NCBI GenBank assembly: GCA_951406725.2
Contig: OX597823.1
Span: 107,322,001 to 107,386,000 of the forward strand
DNA length: 64,000 bases
From: Octopus vulgaris
Lineage: Eukaryota
Direction: 5' to 3'
Shown one piece after another: positions 43,558-57,556 of the stretch (positions are counted from its first letter, which is position 1; every line of letters begins with the position of its first letter). A model generated the notes under the pieces. That model did no database searches, was not told where the DNA came from, and saw nothing but the letters and a program-made list of their open reading frames with translations. Position numbers and translations under genes: made by a program.

Positions 43558-44280
43558 TGCTTGTATGTGGATGTGAGAATTTATACATGCTTATTTAGGT
43601 GGAAGGTAGGTAGATCGTAGAAAAACTTAAGTAGAATTTCGAGCCACATCTCATTGGTTTCGGAATTCAAATCCTCGTCAAACTGACTTAGCTTAGCAAA
43701 TTCCAAGGTCAGTAAATAAAAAAGAAACCATATAACGTCTAATCAGCTATATGTTTTAACACAGTGTCCCAGTGTGATAACAAAAAACCTATAGAACAGA
43801 AAAACAATATATAAAACAATGGCAAACTTATGGAAATAGATGAGTGTATATATTGAAATAGATGTGTCTGATGTATGAATAACTTAGATTCCTTACTTTT
43901 CTGCTGCATTGTACCCAATAATTATACGCTTTCTTTGACAAATCATAAGCAAGTAATACATATATGTGTGTGTGTGTGTGTATGTATGTATGTGTATGTA
44001 TATATATATACATACACATATATATAAATATATACATATATACTCACATATTTACCTATGTACACACACAAACACATATATATATACATTAATTTTAATT
44101 GAATCATTAATTAACGCATTAATATAGCATTGCGACATTTACATTAAAGAAAGTGAAACGTGCTAATACAAAAGTTTTTTATAAGCATATTTCGCTGTGC
44201 TTAAAAATGCATGTAAAATATGTGTGTGTGTGTGTGTGTACGTGTGCGTAAGTGAGTGTGTAAAATATTTATATACATAG

Positions 44281-44325
<45 letters not shown>

Positions 44326-44633
44326 CAGATACTTTGTTATTTACAGATATTCGCATACATGTTTATGAGTTTTTGTATACATATGTCTATATATGTAAAC
44401 ATGTCTAAACATACATCTAGCTATCTGCTTTATTTGTCCATTAATTTTATCTATGTAGTTAATTTATTAGCCTATTTATCTATTTTGCCATCTCTTTAGG
44501 TATCTATCGTGTTCCCGATCACACACACGCGCATATATACATATATATACATGTACATATGTACATACATATATACATATATATATAAACATATGTATAC
44601 ATAATATATATATACATATTTATACACACACAC

Positions 44634-44664
<31 letters not shown>

Positions 44665-45404
44665 CGCACTTGCTTATCTAATTAGAGATTAAAAGTGATT
44701 AGTTCGCTAATTAGATTGCGTCGTGCACATAAACAAGGACAGCTTTGCCATAAACTTCTTGCGATATTACAATAGGGTCTTCTCTCATATTGTCATTGAT
44801 GTTGTTACTGTATCTATCAATGATTTTCGTGTTAACAGTATATATGATTGTCGTTGTTATCGTTGTTGATGTTGTTGTTGTTGCTGCTGCCGCTGCTGCT
44901 GCCGCTATACCTGCTGGTGCTGCTGATGCTTCTGTTGTTGTTGTTGTTAGTGCTGTTGTTGCTTTTTATGATGTTGTCTATTGTTGCTGTTGTTGTTGTT
45001 CAGCCATGGGTTATCCAAAGATCAGAAGAATTCTGTCTTTGAGCATCATTTCTTGACAGGCATATCGCAAAGTGTAGCCAAGTCTGCTGCAAACCACGCT
45101 AAATTGCCATAAAAATAAAGTGGGCATTGTACTCCTAATTACACTCCACGAAGAGATTAGATGAGCATGGTCTTTGGTATTAAGGTCTACTCAAGCAGGA
45201 CTCTCTTGTATGCAGCAGCCACAAAAGAAATATAATGCTACAATCACTTCACTCTCCAGCAGAGAATATAGTTGTTGGTACCACACAACAACTAATGCAT
45301 TAATCTGTATAACATTCACCACTGCTAAAGCTATTCTTGAAACTACAGTCGCCGCCGCTATCCCTTGTACTACAACCACAGAGCCACAACTGTTACCACA
45401 ATTA

Positions 45405-45587
45405 TTCTTTTATTTGTTTCAGTCATTCTATTGCGGCCATACTGGAGCACCGCCTTTAGCCGAATAAATCGACCCCAAGACTTATTCTTTGTAAACCTAG
45501 TACTTATTCTATCTGTCTGTTTTGCCGAACCGCTGTTGTTAAGCGATGGTGGGGGAACACAAACACACCACACGAATACACACATAT

Positions 45588-45678
<91 letters not shown>

Positions 45679-45837
45679 CACGACGGTCTCTTTTCAGTTT
45701 CTATCTACCAAATCCACTCACAAGGCTTTGGTCGGCCCGAGGCTATAGTAGAAAACACTCGCCCAAGGTGCCACGCAGTGGGACTGAATCTAGAACCATG
45801 CGGTTGGTAAGCAAGGTACTTACTACACAGCCACTCC
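45405..45837 (-). mobile_element. SINE family C with internal (TA)n
   Basis: Reverse complement of 57557-57950, with some deletions. Confidence 0.9.
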
Positions 45838-47059
45838 ACACAAAATCCTAAAAATATAGTCTCTCCGTCTCAGTCGGGACAAACATATTCAGCTGCTTCA
45901 CTGGGCCTTTACACAATAAATAAAAAATAAATGATAGCCCCACTAAAACTTACGGGTGTGTAAGAATAGACTTCAGAGAAGATTACGTGCAATAAGTCCA
46001 AACTGTCACACAGGATACAGTGTGATTTAGTACTACATGTTGAAGTCAGCAGTATGTCCCTCTGCTAGTTGTAGACATGGTATAACTGAGAAGGGCGATC
46101 TGTGCATGGCAGCTTGTTGTTCTCGAGTACTCAGGTTGTTAGCACAAGAACCCACGCTATCATCACAGTCGCTATTGCCGTCACTAATACCTCAGCCACA
46201 GTCGTCACAATCATAGTCACCACTACTATCATCTACATCAAAACCCAGCCACTACCGCCACTGCTGCCATTACTGAGACCACCACCATTACCATTACTAA
46301 CAACCAGGCAACAACGAACCAACGAAACTATGTGAAGTTGCTGGGGTTGCTAGAAATAGCAGTCAAATTTACCTTAAATTACACTCCACCGTCCAAGAAA
46401 AAGGTATGTTCGATAATATATTCCTGGGTTTACTAGATGTATAAAAATGATGAGATGTTCACTGCTGGAATTCTTTGGTCTTAGCTCTACTCATCAGGCT
46501 TGAACTTGGAGCAAAAACACCAATCACACTATAATTACAGACACGTTTTTATCAACACTAATTACCAACGCTAACCACAGTTACAACCATATTCATCTGC
46601 ACCAAAGTTATCATCATACTCACACTAGCCACAATGACCAATACTGCAAAAACCAGCACCATCATCTATCTCAAATCTCATTGTAACTACCTTTATCACC
46701 AGTAAACACTATTGCTACCACCATCACCACCATCGCCATCATCATTCTCTTTCCCCCCCTCCTCCTCCTCCTCCTCCTCATCATCATCATCATCAATCTC
46801 CACCTCACCTCACCACATTCATTTCCATAAACAAAACTCTACACCTAATTCCAAAAGCAAATAAAGACATCCATTTACTAATTATTTTATTGCTAAGCTA
46901 GATTATATATTCAAACTAAAATACACGTATACATGAATACACAAACATATATATATTCCACACAGCATCATATACACATATTTACATATATAATGCAAAC
47001 ATATACTCAAACTTGTATGAAAAGTTATATAATTATTATCCAATATAAGTACATGTAGA

Positions 47060-47225
47060 ACCGGTTGTGACGATGAGTAATTCTAGTTGTTCGATCAGGT
47101 GACCCAGCAACTCATTCAATTAGCATATAAGCAGCTGAGAATGTCAAAGACACGTGTACCCTTATCGTAATACCTAGGCAGAACCAGCAACACAGTGTGT
47201 GGTAAGACTGGCCCTTTGGATTATA
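47060..47225 (-). mobile_element. diverged 3' body of SINE family A type 2
   Basis: Aligns loosely to 20598-20760 (ggttgtgacgatgag...agacacgtgtacccttatcgta...ggccctttg). Confidence 0.6.
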
Positions 47226-47413
47226 GATTTTGTCCATCCGGCAGGCATCCACACCAGCTCCCGTTTACGCAGTTTCACCACAAGGCTTGGACTGATCAAA
47301 GCCACCGTAAGAATGGATAAAAAAAAAGTGGAAATTAAACCTGGGGAGTCATGATTGTTAGGCAAACTTTTTTAACTACATTGCCTCACACACACTCCCG
47401 CATATACATTCAT

Positions 47414-47492
<79 letters not shown>

Positions 47493-47524
47493 TACATACA
47501 TACATACATACATACATACATACA

Positions 47525-47560
<36 letters not shown>

Positions 47561-48529
47561 TACAGAGAGAGAGAGGGGGGAGAGAAAGAGAGATGGAAAT
47601 AAAAAGAAAAATTGAGACAAAGAAAGAGAGAGAGAAAGAGATCTATGCAAGTGCACATAATGCCCACATAAAATCATGCACGCTTACGCAAATACATTAT
47701 CATCACTCTTATACATATACACAATTAAAGATATCCAAATACACATGTATACATTTGTATGTGTGTGCATGTCTTGACCCAAATCCCATACACTTTCACA
47801 TATATACATTCATGCACGCACAAGAATTTTACACGATCGTTTATTCACTAGTACATGCTTTATATTAACGCATGCACATTAACAGGCTTGTAAAAGTAAT
47901 GCGCTTACTCAAATGTACGAAATACAATCGGACACCCGCACGCACACATAACACACAAAAACACCCTGTTCTTTAGAAAATAAACAGATCTCTAAATTTC
48001 TCTGTAAGAATTAATCTTAATTTTACCGATTTCTTGACAACCGGAGGAAAAAATGGCGCCCAACTTTGGATTTTTGCGCAGCTGATTAGACTAAAGTTGT
48101 CAGGTGCACCACATGGTGGTAATAGAATAGCAGTTGTGTCAAGAACGACAACTATGTATAATGATTCTGTTCAATGTTAGTAGGAGGTCAAGTGAAATGT
48201 GACCTTTTTTTTTTTATTTTGCTTTCATTTTATTTCTAAATTATAATTTGGTATGATAAAGAGAAAAATACAAATTCTAGTAAGTTTATTGACCAATCGA
48301 CTACTATCAATGTCATATCTCTCATCCGATAATAAGTCTCGCAGACTATTCGTGACTATCTAACAGATCATTATATTTTATTTTAATCTTTCAGTATTAT
48401 GGACGTCAACGATCAATATGCCTCGGTATATCGTATCTGAGATCAAATCTTTCCAGGACCTACTTTATTTTACATATTCATTTCTAATAAAGTTAGAAAG
48501 GCTTGAAAGTTTGTGGACGAGGCCTAGTA

Positions 48530-48908
48530 TTCAAATGGTCCTTATTTCATCAACCCGAAAGGATGAAAAGCAAAGTAAAGTTCAGCGGCATTTGAACTCA
48601 GAACGTAAAGAGCCGGAAGAAATGCCGCTAAGCATTTTGTCCGGCGTGCTAACCATTCTGCTAGCTTACCGCTTTATTTGTTTTATATTTCACAATAACT
48701 TTTCCTACTATGGGCACAAAGCCTGAAATTTAGGGGTAGAGATCTAGTCGATTACATCAATTCCAGTGCTCAGCTAGTACTTATTTTATCGACCCCGAAA
48801 GTATTAAGCCAAAATCAAACTCTTTGGTATTTAAACTCAGAAGATAAAAACAGACGAAATGCTAGTAGGCATTTTGTCCGGCGTGCTGACTATCCTGCCA
48901 GCTCACTA
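48530..48908 (-). mobile_element. two tandem SINE family B copies
   Basis: The motifs cccgaaaggatgaaa...tttgaactcagaacg...ccggcgtgct occur twice. Confidence 0.85.
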
Positions 48909-49940
48909 CTTTATTTCACACAATAAAAATGTTATTATTTCACATAATAATAAATGCATCTTTGAACCATTTATCAATGGACACTATCTTTTCCCAAACT
49001 ATTCTATCTCAGATCACTCTATAATGGGGACTTAAAATGTTACCTCACCAGTAAAACAGCAACGTAAGATTCCTCATAGAAGCACTGTTACATATAAATC
49101 CACTTTGAATTTTTTGTGAATCTCATCTGTACACGAAAGGATTGTCATAAAATTGTAGAAAGGAATAAGCCAAAATAAGAGACTATCAGGAGGGAGATAC
49201 TTGCAAATGCGATGACTCCAATCGATTTATTTTTGCTGTTCTCTACAAGAAGTGCATTTAAACACTATTTATTTCAAATGAAAGAGAACTAAAAGGATAT
49301 TTCCTGGTGTTCGCAGATCAAAATTGCATAAATCATTGCTACAGTTAGTGATACCATTCTACCTCATATTTAGAGTGAAAGTAAAGATTCTTCGGTCATA
49401 TGCCTAGTAATTTTAAGATATGACTCAGTCGATTGAGTATAAGCTTAACAGATTGTCTCAGAACCATCAAGGTATGGCCGGGAATATTCCTTCGTTACTC
49501 CCAGACCTCCTCATTGTGCAGATATACTACGATTATAATACGTAAATAATCTGTTGGATAAAGAGACTCCAAAACACTTTTTCTACTTTTTCTCGTCATA
49601 GTTAACGAGAAAATATCATTTAGTTACAGACTGCGAAATGACACGTAAGAGCAATTTAAATTGTTGACTTCATGGGTTAAAGTGCACACTTACTGTCGAA
49701 AGCGTGAATTCTTCTCCCTAGTAACGAAGAATTCAAATTTAAACCTACAAATTAAGAATTAATTTTTACTTTGATTTATTTTAAATTTTTAAATTTTAAT
49801 CCTTACCCTAATATAATGGTTTAATTTATTAAAATTCTTTTTAATTTAATTTAAATTAGAATTATATTCGGCATTTAATTTTATTTTATTTGGTTTTAAA
49901 TAACTCTACTTGATTTGATTTGATTTTAACTTCACATCAA

Positions 49941-50171
49941 GGTGGCGAGCTGGCAGACTCGTTAAACACGCCGGACGAAATGCTTAGCAGTATTTCGCCT
50001 GTCGAAAGTGGCCGACGTCAAATTTCAACACAACATTTGGAAAGTATATGATCTGGCAACAATGCAAATATTTTCATTCTAGCGAGTTCGATATGTACCA
50101 GTTGAACACTACTGTCGATGTAATCGACTTACCTCCTCTCCCAAAATTGCTAGCTCTGTGCCAAAATTTGA

Positions 50172-50240
<69 letters not shown>

Positions 50241-50241
50241 T

Positions 50242-50324
<83 letters not shown>

Positions 50325-50332
50325 CATTATTA

Positions 50333-50390
<58 letters not shown>

Positions 50391-50890
50391 CATTATTATC
50401 AATACCATGAGAGCTGGCAGAATTGTTAACATGCTGGACAAAATGCTTAGCGGCATTTCGTCCGGCTTTACGTTCTGAGTTCAAATTCCATCGAAGTCGA
50501 CCTTACCTTTCATCCTTTCAGGTACGATAAAATAATACCAGGTCAACACCGGGGTCGATGTAATCGATTTACCCACTCCCTCAAAATTGCTGGCCTTGTG
50601 CCATAATTTGAAATCATTTGGCAGTGAGCTGGCAGAATCGTTACCAAGCCAGGCAAGATGCTTAGTGGCATTTCGTCAGTCCATACGTTCTGGGTTCGAA
50701 ACCTGCCGAGGTCGTTTTTACCTTTCATTCTTTCGGGGTCGATCAAATAATTACCAGTAGAGCACTGGGGCTGATGTAATCGACTTATTCCCTCCCCACA
50801 AATTTCAAGCCATGTGCTTTATAAGAAGAAAGGATTATTATTATTATTAGGCGAGCTTGCATAATAGTTAACATGCTGGACAAAATGCCT
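49941..50890 (+). mobile_element. cluster of SINE family B copies interleaved with (TAA)/(TCA)/(TTA) microsatellites
   Basis: gagctggcagaa heads at ~49947, 50411, 50626 and 50854. Confidence 0.88.
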
Positions 50891-50919
50891 TTTACTCTGT
50901 GTGAGTGTGTGTGTGTGTA

Positions 50920-51042
50920 TACGAATGGCTTCTTTCAGTTTCCATGTACCAAATCCACTCACAAGGCTTTGGTCGGCCCGGGGCTATAGCAGAAGACACT
51001 TGCCCAAGGTGCTACGCAGTGGGACTGAACCCGGAACCATGT

Positions 51043-51044
<2 letters not shown>
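50920..51044 (-). mobile_element. SINE family C fragment
   Basis: ctttcagtttcc..taccaaatccactcacaaggctttggtcggcccg...gggactgaacccggaaccatgtgg. Confidence 0.9.
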
Positions 51045-51092
<48 letters not shown>

Positions 51093-51134
51093 TATATATA
51101 TATATGTATATATATATGTATATATATTTATATG

Positions 51135-51165
<31 letters not shown>

Positions 51166-51178
51166 GTATATATATATT

Positions 51179-51436
51179 GGTAAAACGGTAAGATAACAAC
51201 AGAAAGAAAGATACCTCAATATTATGTAAATAGAGGAAATTTATCTATACAATAATATGTTACATTACTCGATAGTCAAGATAAAACTCTGAGTTTCAGA
51301 TGCCGAAGTGTGGAAATCCACAACACCATCTCTTCGGTTATCTGGCTATAACCGAAGAGATGGTGTTGTGGATTTCCACTTCGGCATCTGAGAGCTTTAT
51401 CTTGACTATCGAGTAATGTAACATATTATTGTATAG

Positions 51437-51439
<3 letters not shown>
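51179..51439 (-). mobile_element. Penelope-pLTR-like fold-back repeat, copy 2, with hammerhead-like motif
   Basis: Near-perfect palindrome at 51242-51439 (arms 100/92 nt, 6-nt loop), flanked by (TA)n. Confidence 0.75.
51272..51349 (-). ncRNA. type-I hammerhead ribozyme-like motif (variant core)
   Basis: Minus strand reads ATAGCCAGATAA-CCGAAGA-GATG...CATC-T-GAAA-CTCAGAG-TT-TTATCTTGACTAT. This gives stem I, a CUGANGA-like core with U4C, stem II, GAAA, a minimal stem III and a GUU cleavage triplet. Confidence 0.5.
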
Positions 51440-51530
<91 letters not shown>

Positions 51531-51545
51531 GGAGGGAGAGAGAGG

Positions 51546-51622
<77 letters not shown>

Positions 51623-52047
51623 GTTAATCTTACTGTTCAGCACAATATGACCGACGAACACTAGTCGTTATCGTTATCATCATAGCAATTTCATCATTGC
51701 GATTATGATAACCATTATCATTATAATAACCATCATCTGTATCTCCAAACATCGTCATAATCGTCTAAAACACTAACATCTAACGTTTTTACAGCTCTAA
51801 TATGAGAAAAAAGAAACCGTAAATGTTTATATCCCTCCTCTGCCACTTAATACCCCGCCTATTCCCCACTCTGGGCCACTGATGTAAGTAAAGGGTCCCT
51901 CCATACACCATTTTCAAAATCCTACTCCACCTGTCTGTTATCACACCTACCCCCATACGTTTCTACTTTTCCCACCCTTTATCCCACATCCACTTGTCAA
52001 TCAGTACAAGTTATACACCCTAGTATTACACACACACACACACAGAC

Positions 52048-52092
<45 letters not shown>

Positions 52093-52102
52093 TATATATG
52101 TA

Positions 52103-52169
<67 letters not shown>

Positions 52170-52178
52170 TACATACAT

Positions 52179-52255
<77 letters not shown>

Positions 52256-53470
52256 CCACCTAACTCACACATTTATATTGCTTTGGTAAGCACCACCACT
52301 TCTTATTGCACACCTCTATAACCTAGGCTGTTGATCAGCATCAACTACCCCCTTGCCACTATCATCACCGCTATTGCTAATAACTAACCCCCCTTACATA
52401 TCCATTATCTACCAGCGCCAATACCACCGCCTACCCCGCATTTCCATCACCTGCCGCTGTTTACCATCACTTACAACCACCTAACACCACCTACCACCAT
52501 CTACCTCCACAACCACTAGCTACCCATCCTTCCCTACCTATCATGTCTTCCCATCATCCGCTATCGCATGTCAACCAGCGGCAGCGACAAAAGGACGAAA
52601 TATATCTCAGAGCCATTATCAGCTCCTCTTTTTTCACCGCACCCGCGCACATCTTTTCTCTCTGTCCACCTCCTTCATCCTCACCCTATTTATACAACAA
52701 CATCTATACCAACAATGGGCTACAATAAAACAAAAAAACAATGACAACACCAACGCTACGTCATTGGGTCTTAAACTTAATCAGTAGAATGTTTTATGAT
52801 TATGTTAAAAATCCACATGTAAGTGCTTCAGATTATAATGGGCTCTTTTTGATCAGATTGGTGGCCAAGTCTGATAAATGGATCTCTCTCTTTCTCTCAT
52901 TCAATCTCTTTCTTTCCGTCTTTCTCTCTCTGCGAGAGCGTCCGTATGTGCATATGTCTCTGTAGATGCGTTAGTGTGTTTATTCTTCAATCTCTTTCTC
53001 TACCTATCATTCTATTCCACTCTCTACTTGTCTTGCAACTTTAATCAGTCTAGATAATTGAAATAAATAGGTACGTATGCATGTACATACGTACGTACGT
53101 ACATATATACATACATAAATACATGCATACATGGGTACATACATGCATGCATACATACATACATACATACATACATACATGCACACACAAACACACATAC
53201 ATATACATAGGCATAAAGACGTACATCATCCATTCTTATACACATATTCTCAAACATCTACAAGCATACACATTTTTATAAATAATATACGGACTTTGAG
53301 AGAGTGCTTTGATGTAAGTTCAAGTTTACTCCCATGTATGTTTGTGTCTGTGTATGTGTGAATTTATGTGTATATATATTTACATATGCACACACACACA
53401 TGAGTGTATATGCATTTGTATGCGTATGCGTGTGTGAGTGTGTGTGTTTGTGTGTGCGTTTGTGTGTTTG

Positions 53471-53534
<64 letters not shown>

Positions 53535-56500
53535 TATGTCTGTCTGGCTACGTGCTTTTGTTTATGTCAATCTCTAAATGTACGTGAATGTGTGTGTGAA
53601 TTGAGGGTGTGGTGTGTATGAATATATGTTAGATTATGTATATTGTCTTTCCAAGATGAAATTTATACATTGCAAATTAAAAGAGAATTGGTATATTTAT
53701 GAGTTTTAGAAATTATATTTATGGAGATCACACAAATTCAGTCCTATTTTTTTATTATTATTGTTTTGTTATATCTTTGAGTGGGGTCTGTTGTATTTCA
53801 TTTGACCTCCAATAAACCAAATTAATTTAACCAATATATTTAAATCTTAACTAGACATGATGTCAAGGCAGAAGAAGAAAAGAAACTCTTTCTGATTTAT
53901 TATTTTAAGCGAGATATTTATTTTGTATGAGTGAAGTACTTTGTAGTAATGTTATCAATATTAAATGAAAACAATCGACAAACAAAATGCTCTGCGGTAT
54001 TTATGCTATAGATGTCGACTTTGCCATCCGGGGGTGATAAAATAAAGTACTAGTCATGTACCGAAGTCAATGTAATCGACTGTTTCCTTCCACTGAAATG
54101 TGTCGCCTTGTGCCTCTGTAGAAATCAATATTAAATGAAAGTGGATGCCTGATCATGTGCCTGGTCAGTATTAGAAATTTATACTGCACGAGCAATTTAC
54201 AAAAAATAGTATGTATATAGTCTGACTCAGCATTCATTTCTCAGTCAAAGCTAATTCACTTCATTATTGGTGTCGATACTGTTTAAGAGAAAATGCCATT
54301 TAAATTATTGTCCTTTAAAGAAAAGCGGTTTGGTGCTTTATCAAAATACAAGTCCTCTGTTGATCTGATTATAACGATTATGTTTTTATTTCAGTTATAC
54401 ATCTTGATACCATTAGAAAAGGTCACAAGTTTTACATCACCTTTCTCTTCGGGTTGCCGTAGTAGTTTGATATCCCTTCTATAAGCTTGAAAGGTACGCA
54501 ATCTCAGCTCGCTCTTTAACAAATTACAGCTTTTTAAAAAGTCAATACCAAACGATCGCTAGCTAGAGAACTAAATTCTTGACCAATGAAGCTTACGACT
54601 CTCTTTCGATTTTATCTTCGGAGCATTTTATTTGCATGAATATCAAATCAAATCCTTCCACTATAGATTTTTCTAGGTTCTATATTCACCTCTCTAACAA
54701 AAATAAATTATTCTATTTATCATACATTGAGTTATATTCGAAATTCATGTAGTGTTTCACATTTTGCTTGGGACAGATTGCAGTTTTTACTGGAAGTAAT
54801 CCTGCGATATCACAAATCAAATAAATATGCAGTAATACATATACTCAGTCATTATTCCTTTTTTTTTTTTTTTAGTATTTGTAAAGTAAATAGACTACAA
54901 AGTTTGATAATATCGTTTTCCTTAAAGAAGACCACAGTTTTAGATGAAAACGGGATGTTCTGTAACTTTTCGCATGGTATATTGGAGTAAGTGAAGTGAA
55001 ATTGGCTGCATTGAATCGGAATTAGCTACAATGTACTTTTTGTAGTTCAGTGTTCTTACGTTAATATCGTTCGTTTGAAGATCAGTAAAAGAGTCCAGGG
55101 TCTTTGAGTGCAAAAAAAAACATGAATGTCAGCACCTAATCTCTCATAAAACGAGATACTTGATGTATATGTGGTACACATTTCAAACGGGGTTAGGTTA
55201 ATTGTCGAAGAACATATTTAAATGATGCGAACTCAGTGCCATTGATAAAGTTTTCTGCTGCAATCAGATTGTTGTTTTCATGAACAATACATTTCACGTT
55301 ACTTACCCATCTTAGATTTATTTATAGAACTGCTATTTGGGGGGGGGGGGGGGATACTCTTTGAAGAGATTCCATAATTTTAAGCATTTTCTCAATCACT
55401 ATGTTGCACTTGAAGTTAATGAATTCACAGAATTAGGTTAAGAGTCGTCTTCAGTCCATTTTCGGAACCCTTCTTAAGAGGTTTCAGACAAAATGTAACT
55501 TCCCATTGGACTTATCAGCATACCTACCATGAGAACTTTTAAAGGACGAACGATTCAAAGTAGATAAAAATAAAAAGGACATAAATATATTTTGGTTCAA
55601 TGGACCTCATAGAACCTATTGTAGAACTCTAATAAGCCACATGATCTTATGATGCAAGATAGTCTAAGTGTTAAACTTAAGGTCACATCTAAAAGAATGC
55701 TGTCTTTATTGATCCCAAGGTAAGTAACAACTGAGTTGACATGATAAAAAGTGTTCCAAGACGATTCTGATTCTTTTTTATTAAACAGTATTTCCAAACA
55801 ATTATTCGATGTATATTTTAAAAAAAAGACATTAAAATGTTATTTTGAATGATATTTAACTGCAAATCTTGCGACCGCGTATAGACTCCTTTATAAATAT
55901 GGTAATTAGAATTTGAGTTAGGACAGGATTCATAAGTATTTACCTGAACGAAAGTCAGATACCAGTGTACTTAAAAAAATTACCCGTATAAACCTCAAAT
56001 CACTGAAGGGATTATATTCACTTAAAACTAAATGAAATTAGAGTAAAAACACTCATGTAAACAACTATGATCGGTGACATGATCAACTGTATTTGAGCAA
56101 CGTCAAATATTGTAAACTTGTCTTTTTAAATAGTGCGCTGATTCTAAATTAAATACTAGTCTACCTCCATTAATTTGAGATGAAGTTATATACATTTGAA
56201 CAAGGAAATAAAGGTTGGATGTTTCCCTATTAATTCCACATAGTCTGTCTTATTTGCTTTTGATGTGAAGTTTATGTGTCTGCCAAACTCCAATAATAGT
56301 ACATGTCTCTTTTAGTTATGGGGACAAATATCCACTTTGTTGTATTATAAAAGTACATACGGGTATATGCCCAATTACATATATAAATTCGTCTGTGAGA
56401 GCGTTTGTGTGTGAGTATGCGTGTGTGTCTGTATAAGTGTATGTATGTGTAAAGATACACACACACGTACGTAAAGATACACATGCATATATGATTATAC

Positions 56501-57360
56501 ACACATGCGTATACATATAGTCATACACATGCATACATACCCGTATATACACCCACATACACATGCATACATACCCGTATATACACCCACATAAATACAT
56601 ACATACGTACAAAAAGTCCACGACGAAGTTGAACGAAATAAACGTAATAAAATAGAGATTAGGAGACATAACTCGAAAGAAAATGTATGAAAAAATAGTG
56701 TGTGCGCATGCGCGTTTGAGTGTGCGTGCGCGCATGTATGAGTGTGTGTATGTGCATGTGTGTGTGTGTGTGTGTGTGTGTGCTCGTGAGTTTGTATAAG
56801 TGTGTGCATAAATGTCCATATGTGTATTCGTATATAAGTGCATAACTATACATAACTTATACATTCAAATCAGCTTTTGGAATTTCAATGTACAGGGTAG
56901 GTTCTTCCACATCACCTAAGTTTTCGTACCTGTCAGAAATAGGTTTCATATTATCAGAGAAAAAGTCATTTTTAATCATGTCTGCATATCGTGTTGATCC
57001 AGTTGTCAATTACATCTTGTAATCTCTGATTGAGATTATAGGATACAGCGTGTAATATTTGGTTGACAAAACCCCACTCAACGCAGTACGTATATACAAC
57101 CATCATTCAAAGAATGCATTTCTGAACTTGAATTTGAGCTTCACCATTGATGTCCCACTGAGTGATGGGTGTCTTACATATATATATTTGCGGGAATGTC
57201 CGGGCTTCTCTGTCTATGTCTCCCTGCTCATACTTGAAAATATTAGCAGAGAGATGTATGTAAGTGTAGAAACTAATGACAGAATTGCACCTTTAACAGG
57301 GAGTCATGGGTTTATTTCTACTGTAGGCGTTTTAAAACATACATTGCAGGTAAGCTGCAA

Positions 57361-57535
57361 GAAGAAAGAGTGAGAGGAAGTTGTGGTGAAAGAGTCAGCA
57401 GAAGTTTGCCATTACCTTCCGCCGGAGCCGCGTGGGGCTTAGGTGTTTCGCTCATAAACACACACATCGCCCGGTGTGAGATTCGAATCCGCGACCGCGA
57501 GTCCGCTGCTCTAACCACTACGCCATGTGCCTCCA
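57361..57535 (-). mobile_element. SINE family A, 5' part
   Basis: tRNA-like head gtggaggcacaTGGCGTAGTGGttagagcagcggacTCGcggtc. Confidence 0.88.
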
Positions 57536-57556
57536 CACTTAATTCTACTTGTCATA

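Noticed and set aside
48055-48107. Possible pre-miRNA hairpin (caactttgg/ctaaagttg)
   Set aside because: Only ~9 contiguous pairs plus a short outer helix, and no match to conserved miRNAs I could recall.
55625-55719. Plus-strand exon candidate ending CCAAG|gtaagt
   Set aside because: The donor is good but the acceptor is weak and the peptide unrecognisable. Support is insufficient.
56857-57010. Short minus-strand open frame ending ...YENLGDVEEPTLYIEIPKADLNV*
   Set aside because: The nearest acceptor is out of phase with the 59.3-kb exon candidate, and the surrounding frames are broken by stops. It may be an old TE.
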